64,000 bases of DNA from an uncultured Thermoplasmata archaeon (GCA_964458595.1 CAYWJQ010000005.1:85298-149297); one strand, 5' to 3'. Positions 38,504 through 49,808 are shown, numbered from the stretch's first letter. The notes: generated by a model not told the origin, from the letters alone. Program-made: numbers and translations.

Positions 38504-39988
38504 TCAGCCGAAGTTCTTTATCGAAACTTTATTGTTGCTCGGATCTAAAACGATCACTTTAGCGGGATCGGGATTTATATCTCTCATCTTCTGGTATTCG
38601 GTCTGTTCCTGCCATGTAGACGAGTTGACAAGTACGATACCATGATGATCTTTTACGTCGGCACTATGAACGTGGCCAGTGATGAATATATCCGGTATCT
38701 CTTCTATCGCGAGATGATCTTTCTCTTCAGGTGCTATAGATGTGCTCTTCCCGTAGACCGGAACTAAATGCCTTCTTTTCAGCATCTCGCGCTGAGCCGA
38801 GATAGGATCCTCACCGTCTACCTGCGGAAGCATATCCGATAGGTCGTTCATGCTCCCCCCGTGATACATCAAAAGTTTATAGCCCTCTAGTTCTACCAAC
38901 GACGGATTTCCAAAGAAAAGCACGTTTTCCGGAAACATCTCTTGGATGTCTTCGGGTAGAGCGGGCTGAGGCTCGGCGTTCCTCACTATATCGTGATTCC
39001 CGGGGATCGTTATTATGGTTATATCCTCGGGTAATTCGCTGAACATCTTGGCTATCTTCTCGTACTGTTCGTAGATATCGATTATATCCAGTTCCTTTTT
39101 CTGGTTCGGGAATATGCCGATACCGTCTATAAGATCGCCCGGGACGATAAGATACCTTATACTTTGAGCCAGTTCGTCATCTGAATTTATCCATGAAACG
39201 AACTCCTCCCATTCTTCTTCTAGAAAAGTATCGCTGCCGACGTGGATGTCTCCTAGAAATGCCATCTTTCCGGGAAAGTCGGGTTTCGAACCTTTGTTCA
39301 ACTTCGGTATCCCCGGCCTGGTTATCTCTTCTATAGCAAAGGTGTCATCAAAATTTCCATCGTTTTCCCATACTTCACCTTTTGCCAAGATCACTTCGTC
39401 TTCCAATATATTTTCGGTGAAGGCCTCGCTGTCGCTCGAAATGAATCCTCTGATCTCCCCTGTATCGTCTTCGAGAGTCAAGACCTTGTTGCCGTTAGAG
39501 GTAGAATGCACCTCTCGAACCATACCTATTACAGTAGCATCTCCTGCTCTTTTGGATACTCTCTTTATGGGCCTCGCCTTCTTCCCATCCCTTCTATTTT
39601 GGATGATAGACTTCAAAGTGTCAAACCTATCTTGGAAGTAATCACTGAAATCGTCGATGGTGCCCGTACAGGTCGATTCTCCAGAGATGTCTTTGAGTAC
39701 ATCTATACCTTCCATAGGATCTCTATCGAGATCGATCGAAGTCTCTTCTTTAGTCTTCTCTTTTATCTCTTCAGTCTCGTCCTCTTTCCCCTCTTCCAAC
39801 ATCTCGTTTACGTAGTAGGAAACGGTCTCTTTGCAGACGGGAAACGGAAGTTTATCATCTTCTTCTGTGAGCTTTTTGATTATCTCGGACGGATCATCCT
39901 GTTTATCCAAGTATTCCAATGCATCAGGGGTCAAAACGGTCTTGTTTTTTGCGAGTTCACTCACTATCCTGTCGCGCATTTCGATCAA
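38504..39988 (-). CDS. DNA polymerase D small (exonuclease) subunit DP1
   Basis: OB fold, DIHVGS, GDLIDGIGI, PGNHD, YHG, RRHL.P, TGHVH, NSSTWQ. Confidence 0.93.
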   Translation of the reverse strand: MIEMRDRIVSELAKNKTVLTPDALEYLDKQDDPSEIIKKLTEEDDKLPFPVCKETVSYYVNEMLEEGKEDETEEIKEKTKEETSIDLDRDPMEGIDVLKDISGESTCTGTIDDFSDYFQDRFDTLKSIIQNRRDGKKARPIKRVSKRAGDATVIGMVREVHSTSNGNKVLTLEDDTGEIRGFISSDSEAFTENILEDEVILAKGEVWENDGNFDDTFAIEEITRPGIPKLNKGSKPDFPGKMAFLGDIHVGSDTFLEEEWEEFVSWINSDDELAQSIRYLIVPGDLIDGIGIFPNQKKELDIIDIYEQYEKIAKMFSELPEDITIITIPGNHDIVRNAEPQPALPEDIQEMFPENVLFFGNPSLVELEGYKLLMYHGGSMNDLSDMLPQVDGEDPISAQREMLKRRHLVPVYGKSTSIAPEEKDHLAIEEIPDIFITGHVHSADVKDHHGIVLVNSSTWQEQTEYQKMRDINPDPAKVIVLDPSNNKVSIKNFG

Positions 39989-40118
39989 AAACGGAATGGG
40001 TTTTGACGTATTAAATCTTTTTTTTATCTTTGCCCCGGTATAGTTGATATGGGTATATTGAGTATTTTCACGGCAAATCCTTTATAAGAGCCGATAATGC
40101 ATAGACAAAGGGATAACA

Positions 40119-41342
40119 ATGAAATTGAACTTTTTAGGCGGTGCATCAGAAGTTGGTGCTTTGTCGATGGTGATGCACCATAAAGACGTTTCGCTGATAT
40201 TCGATCACGGGTTGCTGCCGGATGACCCACCTCAATACCCGATGAGGCCTCCACTGGTAGATATGGGTTTTTTGACTCATTCTCACCTGGACCACTGCGG
40301 TATGATGCCCTCACTGGTCAGGCAGAATGACGTACCCATATTATCGAGTCATCCGACTGTTGAAGTCGCTGAATTACTGCTTTACGACAGTTTGAAGATA
40401 GCCGATATAGAAGGATATCCGAAGCATTACGAGAAGATGGATATCAAAGATACTAAAGCTGCATTCGATATCGTAGGATACAACTCAAAAAGGGATATTG
40501 GGGGCTTGGAAGTAGAAGTACATTCGGCCGGACATATACCGGGTTCATGCATGTTCGAACTCAAAGGAGAAGAAACTACGCTTTTCACTGGAGATATCAA
40601 TACTACTAACGCGAGACTTATTTGGGGTACTCATCCAGTAGAATGCGATAATCTCATAATGGAGACGACCTATGGTGGAGAGAACCATCCGGATAGGAAG
40701 GAAACCGAAAAGAAATTTTTGGATAAAATAGACGAAACTTTGGAAAAGGGTGGACAGGTGATCGTGCCCGTCTTCGCGGTTGGCAGAACGCAGGAGATAT
40801 TGATGTTACTGAATGATAGGGACTACGATGTCTGGTACGACGGGATGGGTAGAACGGTCAGCAGGATCTATCTCAATCACGAAGGATTTTTGCGCTCTCC
40901 GAAAAAGCTCCAGAAAGCTATAAGCAACGCTTCAGAAGTCAATTCTCCATCCAGTAGAAAACAGGCGAAGCAGGGAGAGGTCATAGTCACCACCAGCGGG
41001 ATGGTCGAAGGCGGTCCCGTGTTGGAATATCTGAGAGAGATAAGGAACGATCCCAACAGCGCTGTTTTACTTACCGGTTACCAAGTTGAAGGAACAAACG
41101 GAGAGAGACTTCTTGAAAACGGCATGATAAGAGATAAAGGCGCCACGCTTCCGGTTGAATGTGATATAGAAAGATACGACTTTTCCGCACACGCGGGCCA
41201 CGAAGAACTGGTAGAGTTCGCCAAAGGATGCGATCCAGAAAAGATCGTCTTGATGCACGGGGACAAGAGAGAAGAAGTGGCGGACGATCTATCCGAATTC
41301 GACGTGTATATGCCCGAAGAAGGGGAAGAGCTAGAACTGTAA
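40119..41342 (+). CDS. beta-CASP metallo-beta-lactamase ribonuclease (aCPSF-like, no KH domains)
   Basis: THSHLDH, AGHIPGS, FTGD, ETTYG, GRTQE, FSAHA, MHGD. Confidence 0.9.
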   Translation: MKLNFLGGASEVGALSMVMHHKDVSLIFDHGLLPDDPPQYPMRPPLVDMGFLTHSHLDHCGMMPSLVRQNDVPILSSHPTVEVAELLLYDSLKIADIEGYPKHYEKMDIKDTKAAFDIVGYNSKRDIGGLEVEVHSAGHIPGSCMFELKGEETTLFTGDINTTNARLIWGTHPVECDNLIMETTYGGENHPDRKETEKKFLDKIDETLEKGGQVIVPVFAVGRTQEILMLLNDRDYDVWYDGMGRTVSRIYLNHEGFLRSPKKLQKAISNASEVNSPSSRKQAKQGEVIVTTSGMVEGGPVLEYLREIRNDPNSAVLLTGYQVEGTNGERLLENGMIRDKGATLPVECDIERYDFSAHAGHEELVEFAKGCDPEKIVLMHGDKREEVADDLSEFDVYMPEEGEELEL

Positions 41343-41407
41343 GATCCCCGATATGATATTTAGCCCATAAAATATTTTATAGGGCATCTCCGTTGTACTT
41401 CCTATCA

Positions 41408-42301
41408 ATGCAGTGGTACTTCTCCCTTGCAAGATTTATAGTGGGCGCCGGCTTTTTACTCGCGGCCTCGATAAAGGATTTCAGGTCTAGGCGAGTTCCC
41501 GATGAGTTATGGATGCTGATGGGGGCTGTAGCCATGGTGATCCTGGGAGCCGAACTCTGGTTGATAAAGGATGCGAGCTGGGAATACTATTTGATGTTCA
41601 TACCTATAGGCGTTTTATTCGCGGAGGCCTTCGTAGATAGGCCGCGTATTTATCACGAAGGCGAACTCAATTTTAGAGTTCTCGCGTGGCTCATCCTTCC
41701 GATGCTCGTTTATGTTTTCCTGGTCAATAGATTGGGAGGAGAGCTTTTATTCTGGTCTTTGACCATGATCTTGGCCGTGATGCTTTTCTCTTTCGCGCTC
41801 TATTTTTTCTATATAATCCACGGCGGGGCGGACGCTAAAGCGGTGATAACGCTTGCCATACTTTTTCCCTTTTACCCCACCATACCCGAGCTTACTCACC
41901 GCGCTCTATCTATCCAGTTGGTTCCAGTGATGGAGATACTGTTCCCTTTCACCTTGGTAATCTTGTTGAACGCATCCCTAATCGTTCTAGTACTACCGTT
42001 CACTAATCTTTTCATCAATCTTTCCAACGGTGACATCGATTTCCCCAAGATGTTCTTCGGTTACAAGAAGAAAGTGAGCAAGATAGAGGACTCTTTCGTT
42101 TGGCCGATGGAGTATTACGAGAACGGTAAACTAAAGACCGAACTACTTCCGAGGTCTGTATCCGACGAAAGATTAGATTCTCTTAAAAAACATGATAGAA
42201 AGGAAGTGTGGACCACGCCGAAGCTTCCCTTCATCATCCCCATATTGATAGGTTTGATCTTATCCGTCTTGATAGGAAATCCGATTATGTATATAATGTA
42301 A
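41408..42301 (+). CDS. Prepilin/prearchaellin peptidase (A24, FlaK/PibD-like)
   Basis: KD.RSR.V.D, GGADAK, VWTTPKLPFI; multiple TM segments. Confidence 0.88.
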   Translation: MQWYFSLARFIVGAGFLLAASIKDFRSRRVPDELWMLMGAVAMVILGAELWLIKDASWEYYLMFIPIGVLFAEAFVDRPRIYHEGELNFRVLAWLILPMLVYVFLVNRLGGELLFWSLTMILAVMLFSFALYFFYIIHGGADAKAVITLAILFPFYPTIPELTHRALSIQLVPVMEILFPFTLVILLNASLIVLVLPFTNLFINLSNGDIDFPKMFFGYKKKVSKIEDSFVWPMEYYENGKLKTELLPRSVSDERLDSLKKHDRKEVWTTPKLPFIIPILIGLILSVLIGNPIMYIM

Positions 42302-42430
42302 ATATATAGATTTGACCGTATCAGCTGTTTTTTAGAGTAGATAATAAAATGTTGCGAAAGCTTTAAATAATACATATCCAACTATCACTATAAAGATTGT
42401 ATCCCCGTATATTTATGGAGGCCTATACTG

Positions 42431-42664
42431 TTGAAAGTGGAAGGTGATGTCAAAAGTGTAGCTGACCAGACTACGCTGATCGCTAAATTCAACACGATTC
42501 CTGAAGTAGGGTCTTCCGTACTCGATAAAAAAAAGAAAGAGATCGGGGAGGTAAGATGGATATTCGGCCCCGTTGATGATCCTTATGTGGAGGTCGGCCT
42601 GGAGTCCGATACGAAGAAAAGGCTCTCCATCCTGAATGAGAAAATCTACGTGGAGGAGATATAG
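42431..42664 (+). CDS. gar1: H/ACA RNP subunit Gar1/Naf1 family
   Basis: IG.V..IFGPV..PY motif; directly upstream of tfb as is common in archaea. Confidence 0.8.
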   Translation: MKVEGDVKSVADQTTLIAKFNTIPEVGSSVLDKKKKEIGEVRWIFGPVDDPYVEVGLESDTKKRLSILNEKIYVEEI

Positions 42665-43618
42665 ATGGAAGAAAAGATCGAAGTGGATGAAAAGGAAAAA
42701 AGTTCCGTTGAAAAAGTTACTGAATGTCCCGAATGCGGCAGTAGGCATTTGGCTCAAGATTATGATAGAGGAGAATTGATCTGTGAAGATTGTGGTCTGG
42801 TTATAGATAATCAATATATCGACGAGGGTCCGGAATGGCGGGCATTCGATATGAAACAGGAGGAAAAGAGAGCTAGAACGGGAGCCCCGATGACCCAGAT
42901 GGTCCACGATAAAGGACTCTCGACGGGCATAGATTCTTCCAATAAAGATTCATATGGAAGGTCGATCCCGAGTAAGAAAAAAGCCCAGATATACAGATTG
43001 AGGAAATGGCAGAGAAGGATAAGGGTCTCCGACGCTACCGAGCGTAATCTAGCTTACGCTTTGACCGAGATGGACAGGATGGCCTCGACCATGGGCCTGC
43101 CTAAAAATATCAGGGAAACCGCCGCGGTCATCTATAGAAAAGCTGTCAAGAAGAACCTTATCAGAGGACGAAGTATAAACAGCGTCGTCGCAGCTTCACT
43201 GTATGCGGCGTGTAGAAAAGCGAGCGTGCCCAGGACATTGGACGAGATCGCGGAAGCTACTTCGTCAGATAGAAAAGAGATAGGCAGGACCTATAGGTTC
43301 CTAAGTAGAGAGCTGGTATTGAAATTGAAACCGACCAAACCTCAGGAATATCTCAGTCGCTTCTGCAGCGAACTAGATCTCAGCGGAAAGGTCCAAAAGA
43401 TGGCGAAGAACATCATCGATCAAGCCGAAGAAAAAGAACTGATCTCGGGTAAAGGACCAACAGGTCTTGCCGCCGCAGCTATCTACATAGCTTCGATAAA
43501 CGGTGGAGAGAGGAGAACGCAGCGTGAGGTCGCAGATGTTGCGGCAGTGACGGAAGTGACTGTCAGGAACAGATACAAAGAACTGGTGGAGAAACTGAAT
43601 ATAGACATAGAAGTGTGA
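42665..43618 (+). CDS. tfb: Transcription initiation factor TFB
   Basis: CPECG...CEDCG Zn ribbon, GPEWRAF, two cyclin repeats, [12 protein letters not shown]. Confidence 0.97.
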   Translation: MEEKIEVDEKEKSSVEKVTECPECGSRHLAQDYDRGELICEDCGLVIDNQYIDEGPEWRAFDMKQEEKRARTGAPMTQMVHDKGLSTGIDSSNKDSYGRSIPSKKKAQIYRLRKWQRRIRVSDATERNLAYALTEMDRMASTMGLPKNIRETAAVIYRKAVKKNLIRGRSINSVVAASLYAACRKASVPRTLDEIAEATSSDRKEIGRTYRFLSRELVLKLKPTKPQEYLSRFCSELDLSGKVQKMAKNIIDQAEEKELISGKGPTGLAAAAIYIASINGGERRTQREVADVAAVTEVTVRNRYKELVEKLNIDIEV

Positions 43619-43680
43619 ACCCATTTATTTGGCTCTAAACCTTTTTTAATTTAATTGTTTTGATAAAGATTGAAGAGAAG

Positions 43681-43753
43681 CGCCGTCGAGCGGATTCGAA
43701 CCGCTAACCGCTCGGTTAACAGCCGAGTGCTCTGCCAATTGAGCTACGACGGC
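43681..43753 (-). tRNA. tRNA-Asn(GUU)
   Basis: GCCGTCG/CGACGGC acceptor, CTCGG-CT-GTT-AA-CCGAG, AGCGG-TTCGAAT-CCGCT. Confidence 0.96.
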
Positions 43754-43796
43754 TTCAGACGTTAAAACTGTAAGAAGAAATCCTATTAAACATTTT

Positions 43797-44105
43797 TTAT
43801 TCCGAGAGCACTTCTATCAGTTCACCTAGAGTACTGTCCATCTTTTCAAGATCTTTCTTCAGTTCTCTCTCGAACTTTGCGTGTTTTTCCGTTAGAGAAG
43901 CCCCGTGTGTAGTGGGTTTGATTATATTATCTTTCTGGAGGAGTCGGAGAGAATATCGAATCTTATGTTCTTCTGTCTCAAGTTTTTTGCTGAGTTTGGT
44001 TATACCGATCGGCTCTTTGTCTTTGACGATATCCAAGATCCTTATAGTTCTTTCTACCATGTCCAACTCCGAGGCTAACTTCTCGGCTAATGAGTTGTCG
44101 CTCAT
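43797..44105 (-). CDS. Small winged-helix protein (conserved archaeal hypothetical regulator)
   Basis: PIGI.KLS...HKIRYSLR.L....I.P...GA; GGTGA SD before ATG 44105. Confidence 0.75.
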   Translation of the reverse strand: MSDNSLAEKLASELDMVERTIRILDIVKDKEPIGITKLSKKLETEEHKIRYSLRLLQKDNIIKPTTHGASLTEKHAKFERELKKDLEKMDSTLGELIEVLSE

Positions 44106-44161
44106 GATCTCACCTTTTAGACTCATGTAGTTATAAAGCTATTGATATATAAATTAAGGGG

Positions 44162-44734
44162 TTATTCCGCCCTTTCACCGTCTTCCCATCTTTCGTAGAG
44201 AGAATGTTCGATATCAAACGAATCTAAAATCTTACCGACCAAAAAATCGACCATATCGTCGATCGAAGAAGGTTCATGATAGAACGCTGGCATCGCGGGA
44301 AGTATAGTTACTCCCTGTTCAGAAAGTCTAGACATATTCTCAAGCCAGGTGGTGCTCAACGGAGTCTCTCTAGGAGTCAAAATCAAGCTTCTATCTTCTT
44401 TTAAGAAAACCGCCGCCGCCCTTGTTATCAAGTTATCGGAGATCCCTGCCGCTATCTTAGATAGGGAAGACATGGAACAGGGAACTATCGCCATCCCGTC
44501 GTAGATCGAGCTTCCAGAAGAAGGTGGTGCTTCAAGATCATCTGGTGCGTGCTCTTTATCGGCCATCACCGAGAGTTCCTCATAGGTGGACTTCAGTTCC
44601 TTTTCGATGAGTTCTCTTCCCGCCTCCGATACGATGAGTTCTACATGCGTGTCATCCTTCTGAGATAAGGCCTCGAGAAGTTTTTTGCCGTATCTCACGC
44701 CGGATGCGCCCGTGATCGCCAATAATAATCTCAT
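44162..44734 (-). CDS. ubiX: Flavin prenyltransferase UbiX
   Basis: ITGASG, SSGS, PCSM, RAA.V.LKE, PRETP, PAMPAFY. Confidence 0.93.
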   Translation of the reverse strand: MRLLLAITGASGVRYGKKLLEALSQKDDTHVELIVSEAGRELIEKELKSTYEELSVMADKEHAPDDLEAPPSSGSSIYDGMAIVPCSMSSLSKIAAGISDNLITRAAAVFLKEDRSLILTPRETPLSTTWLENMSRLSEQGVTILPAMPAFYHEPSSIDDMVDFLVGKILDSFDIEHSLYERWEDGERAE

Positions 44735-44774
44735 ATCTCTTAATTCATCTATCGCTATAAACAAATTTTGGGAC

Positions 44775-46253
44775 TCAAAAATCCATCACCATCTTCTCGT
44801 AATTTGCGGCCGATCTCTTGATCAAGGCGAAAAACACTAAAGCGCTGACGCCGGCCATGGATATCTCGGCTAAGAGGCCCCAAGAAGGGGATATCCTAAA
44901 GATATAAGCGGGTCCGCCGATGAAAACGACCGATGATATCAACCCGGTTACCATCGTCGTGTACATAGTGGTCACGTCCGGAGCCCCATTAGAACTCTCT
45001 TCAAAATTCGGAAACTTTACGGCGGCCCATATCCCCAGCCCGGTAAGAAGAAATATCATGAGGATTGAAGCAAATATCAAAAAGAAGAGTCTGTAAACCG
45101 AATAAGAGAGGACTAGAGGAAGGGGCAGAGCGATCAAAATCGTGATGACCGGGCTGTAAACCAATACGGCTAAGGCTTTACCCCAGAGGATGTCCTCCGT
45201 TTCCACCGGTACGGTTTTCAAGATCCAGAAAGCCTGTCCTTCTCTACCGAATAACGAGAGAGAAGGAAAGACTATCTGAAGGATAACGGCTAGAAAGATA
45301 GAGATTGTTATCAAAAGCGGATAGAGATACGGACCGAGTTCCAGGCCTAGATCAGGTGAAGGGCCGAGTTGAATATAAAAGAAGAACAGACCGACCGCTA
45401 TCATCCCCGTGACGGCTACGCCTGCTGGACTTTCTTTTCTGCGCCATCTGTCGAGTATCTCCTTTTCAGCCACCATCCTGGTCGAAAAGGGTATGTATTT
45501 CGGTAAAAAGTCACCCGGATCGTGAAATCTGAAACCTTCGTCGGTGGAGCTGGTGGTCCCATGTTTCCATGAACTCCAGAACAGGTCTTTAGAGAGAATT
45601 AAGAAGAGGGCGGAAACAGCGCCGAGGATGATCAGATAAAAAGAGGTCCTGGTTAGTGACATGTTTAGATGAAGAACGAACCATATGAGAGTCAGATTCT
45701 GACCGTAGATGAATAGAGGTACAAATTTTTTTAGGGTGCCCTTTATCTGAGTTATCACTCCGAGATTGAAACCTATGACGGGGGAGATGATGACCAAAAT
45801 ATAAAGTTCATAGAAGAAGGACTTACTGACTGGAGGGGCAAAGTCGAATAAAGGGATCAATACTGCGACGATCGAAAGAGAAATCGCCACGAGCAGAAGA
45901 TTATACCAGAACACTTTCAAAAATCTCGATAATTGGACTTGCCTGGTCGAGATAGAAGTAGAAAAATAATGTTTCAGTCTTTTATTCCTCAAAGTGTTTT
46001 CAACTGTTTCGACGGATGCCTTTGACATTATCACGAAAAATACGGTGAAGAGAACGTCGCTTTCGGAAAGCGTGATCAACGGATCTTCTATGCCCTTGGC
46101 CAACTCTACCATCATCAAGATAGTCCAAAATCCAACCACGAGAAGGATGATGAACCATCCGGTCATTATCGGTCTATCTTTGGTCCTGTACCTGAAAGCT
46201 CTAAAAGACTGCTTTACCTCGGTAGAGAAGAGCTCAAGCGTCCCTCCTTTCAT
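44775..46253 (-). CDS. Putative ABC exporter permease
   Basis: About 12 TM segments, REG.AFW.LK..P motif, overlaps the ATPase gene. Confidence 0.8.
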   Translation of the reverse strand: MKGGTLELFSTEVKQSFRAFRYRTKDRPIMTGWFIILLVVGFWTILMMVELAKGIEDPLITLSESDVLFTVFFVIMSKASVETVENTLRNKRLKHYFSTSISTRQVQLSRFLKVFWYNLLLVAISLSIVAVLIPLFDFAPPVSKSFFYELYILVIISPVIGFNLGVITQIKGTLKKFVPLFIYGQNLTLIWFVLHLNMSLTRTSFYLIILGAVSALFLILSKDLFWSSWKHGTTSSTDEGFRFHDPGDFLPKYIPFSTRMVAEKEILDRWRRKESPAGVAVTGMIAVGLFFFYIQLGPSPDLGLELGPYLYPLLITISIFLAVILQIVFPSLSLFGREGQAFWILKTVPVETEDILWGKALAVLVYSPVITILIALPLPLVLSYSVYRLFFLIFASILMIFLLTGLGIWAAVKFPNFEESSNGAPDVTTMYTTMVTGLISSVVFIGGPAYIFRISPSWGLLAEISMAGVSALVFFALIKRSAANYEKMVMDF

Positions 46254-46962
46254 TTTTTATCACTTCCACGAATACCTCTTCAAGGGAATCGGTTCCGGTT
46301 TTATCCATCAGTTCGGAGGGAGATCCCGTAACCACCAACCGACCGTTATCTATTATACCTACAGTATCGGCGATATCTTCCGCTACCGAAGTAATATGGG
46401 TGGTCATCAGGACCGTTTTATCGTCACGGGAAAATTCTGAAATCTTTTTCTTCATATATTGACTGTATCTCGGATCTAGTCCGACAGTCGGCTCATCGAG
46501 GATAAGATTCGGAGGGTCGTGTATTATAGCGTTGATGAAGAGTATCTTCTGCTTCATCCCTTTAGAATAGGCCCCCATCTCTGAATGCATCCTTTCGTCC
46601 AGTTCCAATTCCTCTGAAAACTCCTCTATCTTTTCTTTCAATGTACTTTCGTCTACCTGCTTAAGGGTGCCCATGATCTGCAAGAATTCCCTTCCGGTCA
46701 ACCTATCATAAAGATGTGGCTGTTCCGGCATGTAACCGAATCTTTTCTTTGAATCGACGTCTTCACTCACTTTCTTTCCGTCTATCAGAGCGGATCCGCT
46801 AGTCGATTCTAAAAGCCCGGTAAGTATCTTGATTATGGTAGTCTTCCCGGCTCCATTGGAGCCCAAAAGACAGAATATCTGATTACCCTCTACTTTAAAA
46901 TCGACGTCCTTAACGGCTTCGATCTTTCCATAACTTTTGCGAAGTCGCTTTATCTCTATCAT
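46234..46962 (-). CDS. ABC transporter ATP-binding protein
   Basis: GSNGAGKTT, YSKGMKQ, LDEPT, H-loop TTH. Confidence 0.93.
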   Translation of the reverse strand: MIEIKRLRKSYGKIEAVKDVDFKVEGNQIFCLLGSNGAGKTTIIKILTGLLESTSGSALIDGKKVSEDVDSKKRFGYMPEQPHLYDRLTGREFLQIMGTLKQVDESTLKEKIEEFSEELELDERMHSEMGAYSKGMKQKILFINAIIHDPPNLILDEPTVGLDPRYSQYMKKKISEFSRDDKTVLMTTHITSVAEDIADTVGIIDNGRLVVTGSPSELMDKTGTDSLEEVFVEVIKNERRDA

Positions 46963-46968
46963 CTGATC

Positions 46969-47922
46969 CTAGTTTCTAGAGTGACGGATGAACCCGCTGC
47001 AGGGGACTATCTCCACCCCTCGATCTTCCAATTCGTCTAGGAGAATATTCAGTCCAAGAGAATCGCTGGCCATATGTCCTGCTATCACGTAATTTATATG
47101 ATTGTCCTCGACTTTTTCACGGTGGTCCTCGCTGAGGTGCATCCCTATTATCGTTCCAACACCTGCTTCGGCCAATTTTTCATAAGACTTCTCGCTGCCC
47201 TCGGTTCCGCCGGTCATCTCTACAACGACTTTTCCGGCTCGGTTGTCTTCACTTCCTACTAAAAGGTCGGGTCCAGCATTGAATTTTCTCGCTTCATGAT
47301 ATTCGGGCACGTCTTTCAGAAAATCCATCACATCACTTACTTTCTCAAATTCTTTATCTTCCACTTCATCCATCAGATAAGATTCGACCAGGTTGTCGGT
47401 TATAGTATGCAGACACATCATAGGGATATCCAGTAACTTAGCTGCATCTAAACTCTGATTGAAGTTGGCGCCTTTTATACCTCTTTCGACCTCTTTCATC
47501 CTCTCTTTGACTAGACTCTCGGCGACGTTTATAGGGACGCCCCATTCTTCTAACATGTCTTTCTGAAGATCCATGACTTCATAAAGTGAAGCCAATCCGA
47601 CACCTCTAGGATGATGTCCGATGATGAGATCGATATCTTCTCCCTTTTCCGATAAGCGATCAGCTAATAGTACTTCTCCGGTATCGATATTTATTCCCAC
47701 CATCACTTTCTCCACTTCAGTTTGAGGGTCGCCGTACAGAAGCCTTGAATCCTGAAATGGATTTTTCATCCTCTGTTCATCGAATACCTCTTTATCTCTA
47801 CCTTCCAACTCTTCATATTCTTCTTTAGCTTCTTCTAGCTCTTCATCAAGCCTTTCCTCACCCCTCACATCATTTTTCATTCCTTTTTCAATGGCTAAGT
47901 CATAGATATCTTCCAGCTTCAT
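46969..47922 (-). CDS. NIF3/NGG1p-interacting-factor-like dinuclear metal protein
   Basis: GHHP, HTITDN, GGTEG, MH, AGH.ASD. Confidence 0.75.
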   Translation of the reverse strand: MKLEDIYDLAIEKGMKNDVRGEERLDEELEEAKEEYEELEGRDKEVFDEQRMKNPFQDSRLLYGDPQTEVEKVMVGINIDTGEVLLADRLSEKGEDIDLIIGHHPRGVGLASLYEVMDLQKDMLEEWGVPINVAESLVKERMKEVERGIKGANFNQSLDAAKLLDIPMMCLHTITDNLVESYLMDEVEDKEFEKVSDVMDFLKDVPEYHEARKFNAGPDLLVGSEDNRAGKVVVEMTGGTEGSEKSYEKLAEAGVGTIIGMHLSEDHREKVEDNHINYVIAGHMASDSLGLNILLDELEDRGVEIVPCSGFIRHSRN

Positions 47923-47978
47923 TGTACCAAAAAAAGATTGAGAGGGAACATTATATTTTTTTGCATCTGAAATGAAAA

Positions 47979-48800
47979 CTATCGGAGGATATGTTTTTTC
48001 AATGCCGAGGAGACCCCGTTTTCACGACATCTCGGTGCTGTTTCGTCCGCGGATTCCTTCACGAATTCCGGCGCGTTCCCCATAGCGATCCCAGTCCCGG
48101 CCTCTTCTATCATCTCGATATCTACCTGATCATCTCCTATCGCAAGTACTTCTTTCAGAGATATACCCATCTCGTCACAGACCAATTCCAGTCCGCTGGC
48201 TTTATTCACAGCTTGATCGTATATAGTCAAGGTGAGCAGTTCTCCTCCTCTATGATGGCCGTCCACCCTGACCTTGTCTTCGTAATTCTCCGTGACGAAC
48301 TTCCGCAGATCTTTCAAAGCCTCTAGATCGTTCTCCGACCTGTGGATCATGAAGTTTATAGGTTCCCCATATTCCAACGCTTTTGAGTTTTCATCTACGA
48401 TCCTGATCTTCGGATCATCAGATCGTTCCATCTCATCCATGGTTCGACAAACCATCTCGTCGAATATGATCGAAAATCTGTGACCTCTTTCGTCTGCCCT
48501 GGATATTATGGCTTTTGATATATCTGGATCCAATCTTATATTTCGATGCTCCCTAATGTCTTCAGGTCGATCCCATCCGGATCCGAGAACCCTAGCACCG
48601 TTATTACAGACGAGCGGATAATTGTGAAGTCCCAATCCATCTAAGAGTCGTTCAGAGGAAAGTCTTATTCTAGTAGTGGCCGGGACGACGGGATAACCTC
48701 TTCGTATCACTTTCTTTAGGGTTTCTTTATTTTCCTCGCTGATATCTCTATCGTCGACCAGCGTCCCGTCGAGGTCCAAAGCGATCAATTTGATAGCCAT
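47979..48800 (-). CDS. Cof-type HAD-IIB phosphatase
   Basis: DLDGTL, NNGA, NK, GDD.VD.EM, AMGNA. Confidence 0.9.
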   Translation of the reverse strand: MAIKLIALDLDGTLVDDRDISEENKETLKKVIRRGYPVVPATTRIRLSSERLLDGLGLHNYPLVCNNGARVLGSGWDRPEDIREHRNIRLDPDISKAIISRADERGHRFSIIFDEMVCRTMDEMERSDDPKIRIVDENSKALEYGEPINFMIHRSENDLEALKDLRKFVTENYEDKVRVDGHHRGGELLTLTIYDQAVNKASGLELVCDEMGISLKEVLAIGDDQVDIEMIEEAGTGIAMGNAPEFVKESADETAPRCRENGVSSALKKHILR

Positions 48801-48935
48801 CGAAAAGAAATCATCGTACTCTAGTATAATCTTTTCGTTCTACGATACGTAAAGTCTGTCAAGGGTAGATTCAACCACTCAAAGTCAAAGGTGCATCGGA
48901 AAATATTTTTTATCAGGTTATTAATTCCATATCGT

Positions 48936-49409
48936 ATGGTCAAGATCCTAGACAGGAAACTAAGTAAGGAAACGCTGAAACATTATCTTGGTCAAAGCGT
49001 GTTAGCCGCCGTGGTATTATTTTTTGGACTGAATCTACCTTTCCTGAAAGATATAGTATTGGTCGCCGCGGTCGGCTCCTCGGCCTTCGTGGTTTTCGCC
49101 ATGCCGAGCAGTAAAACTTCAAATCCTCGGAACGTAATAGGTAGTCACTTGATCTGTGGACTGATCGGTTTCAGCTTCTATAATCTATACCCGACTTTTT
49201 TACCTCTGGAGGCGGCGGTTTCGATAGCGCTCGGAGTAGCCATGTTCGCCATGGTTTCACTTTGGGTAGAACATCCCCCGGCAGGAGGAACTGTTATCTA
49301 TTTTGTTCTCCATCCCCGTCTCGAAGCCTTCGTCTCTTTGTTACTCCTCGCCAGTATAATGGCCACTTTGTCTTATGTTATCAGACCATATCTGAAGGAC
49401 CTAGTCTGA
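48936..49409 (+). CDS. HPP-family membrane protein
   Basis: GSSA, PRNVIG.H, HPPAG. Confidence 0.88.
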   Translation: MVKILDRKLSKETLKHYLGQSVLAAVVLFFGLNLPFLKDIVLVAAVGSSAFVVFAMPSSKTSNPRNVIGSHLICGLIGFSFYNLYPTFLPLEAAVSIALGVAMFAMVSLWVEHPPAGGTVIYFVLHPRLEAFVSLLLLASIMATLSYVIRPYLKDLV

Positions 49410-49493
49410 CTTGCCTCTAGAAATCAAAGATTGTTTTCTTAAATGCTCTCACAAAGAATATATAAGGCCCATATAATATGTGAAATCGATACT

Positions 49494-49808
49494 TTGAGTA
49501 ATGGAGACGAAGACGAAGTCGTTAGGGTGCCGTATCCTGACCGAGACGAAGGACAGATGTTCGCTATAGCAGACAAGATGCTGGGAGGAGCCAGAGTTAG
49601 AGTCATATGCGAGGACGGCGAATCTCGAATGGGTAGAATCCCGGGCAAACTCAAAAAGAGGATGTGGATCAGGGAAGATGATCTACTGATCGTTGATCCA
49701 TGGGACTTTCAGGATGAAAAATGCGATATAGAGTACCGATATACCAGAACACAGGTGAACTACCTGCAGAACAATAATGATATACCGAACAGTTTAGACG
49801 TGTTCTGA
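49494..49808 (+). CDS. eif1a: Translation initiation factor aIF-1A
   Basis: MLG..R, GRIPGK.KKRMWIRE.D, PWDFQ, YRY; TTG start inferred. Confidence 0.93.
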   Translation: MSNGDEDEVVRVPYPDRDEGQMFAIADKMLGGARVRVICEDGESRMGRIPGKLKKRMWIREDDLLIVDPWDFQDEKCDIEYRYTRTQVNYLQNNNDIPNSLDVF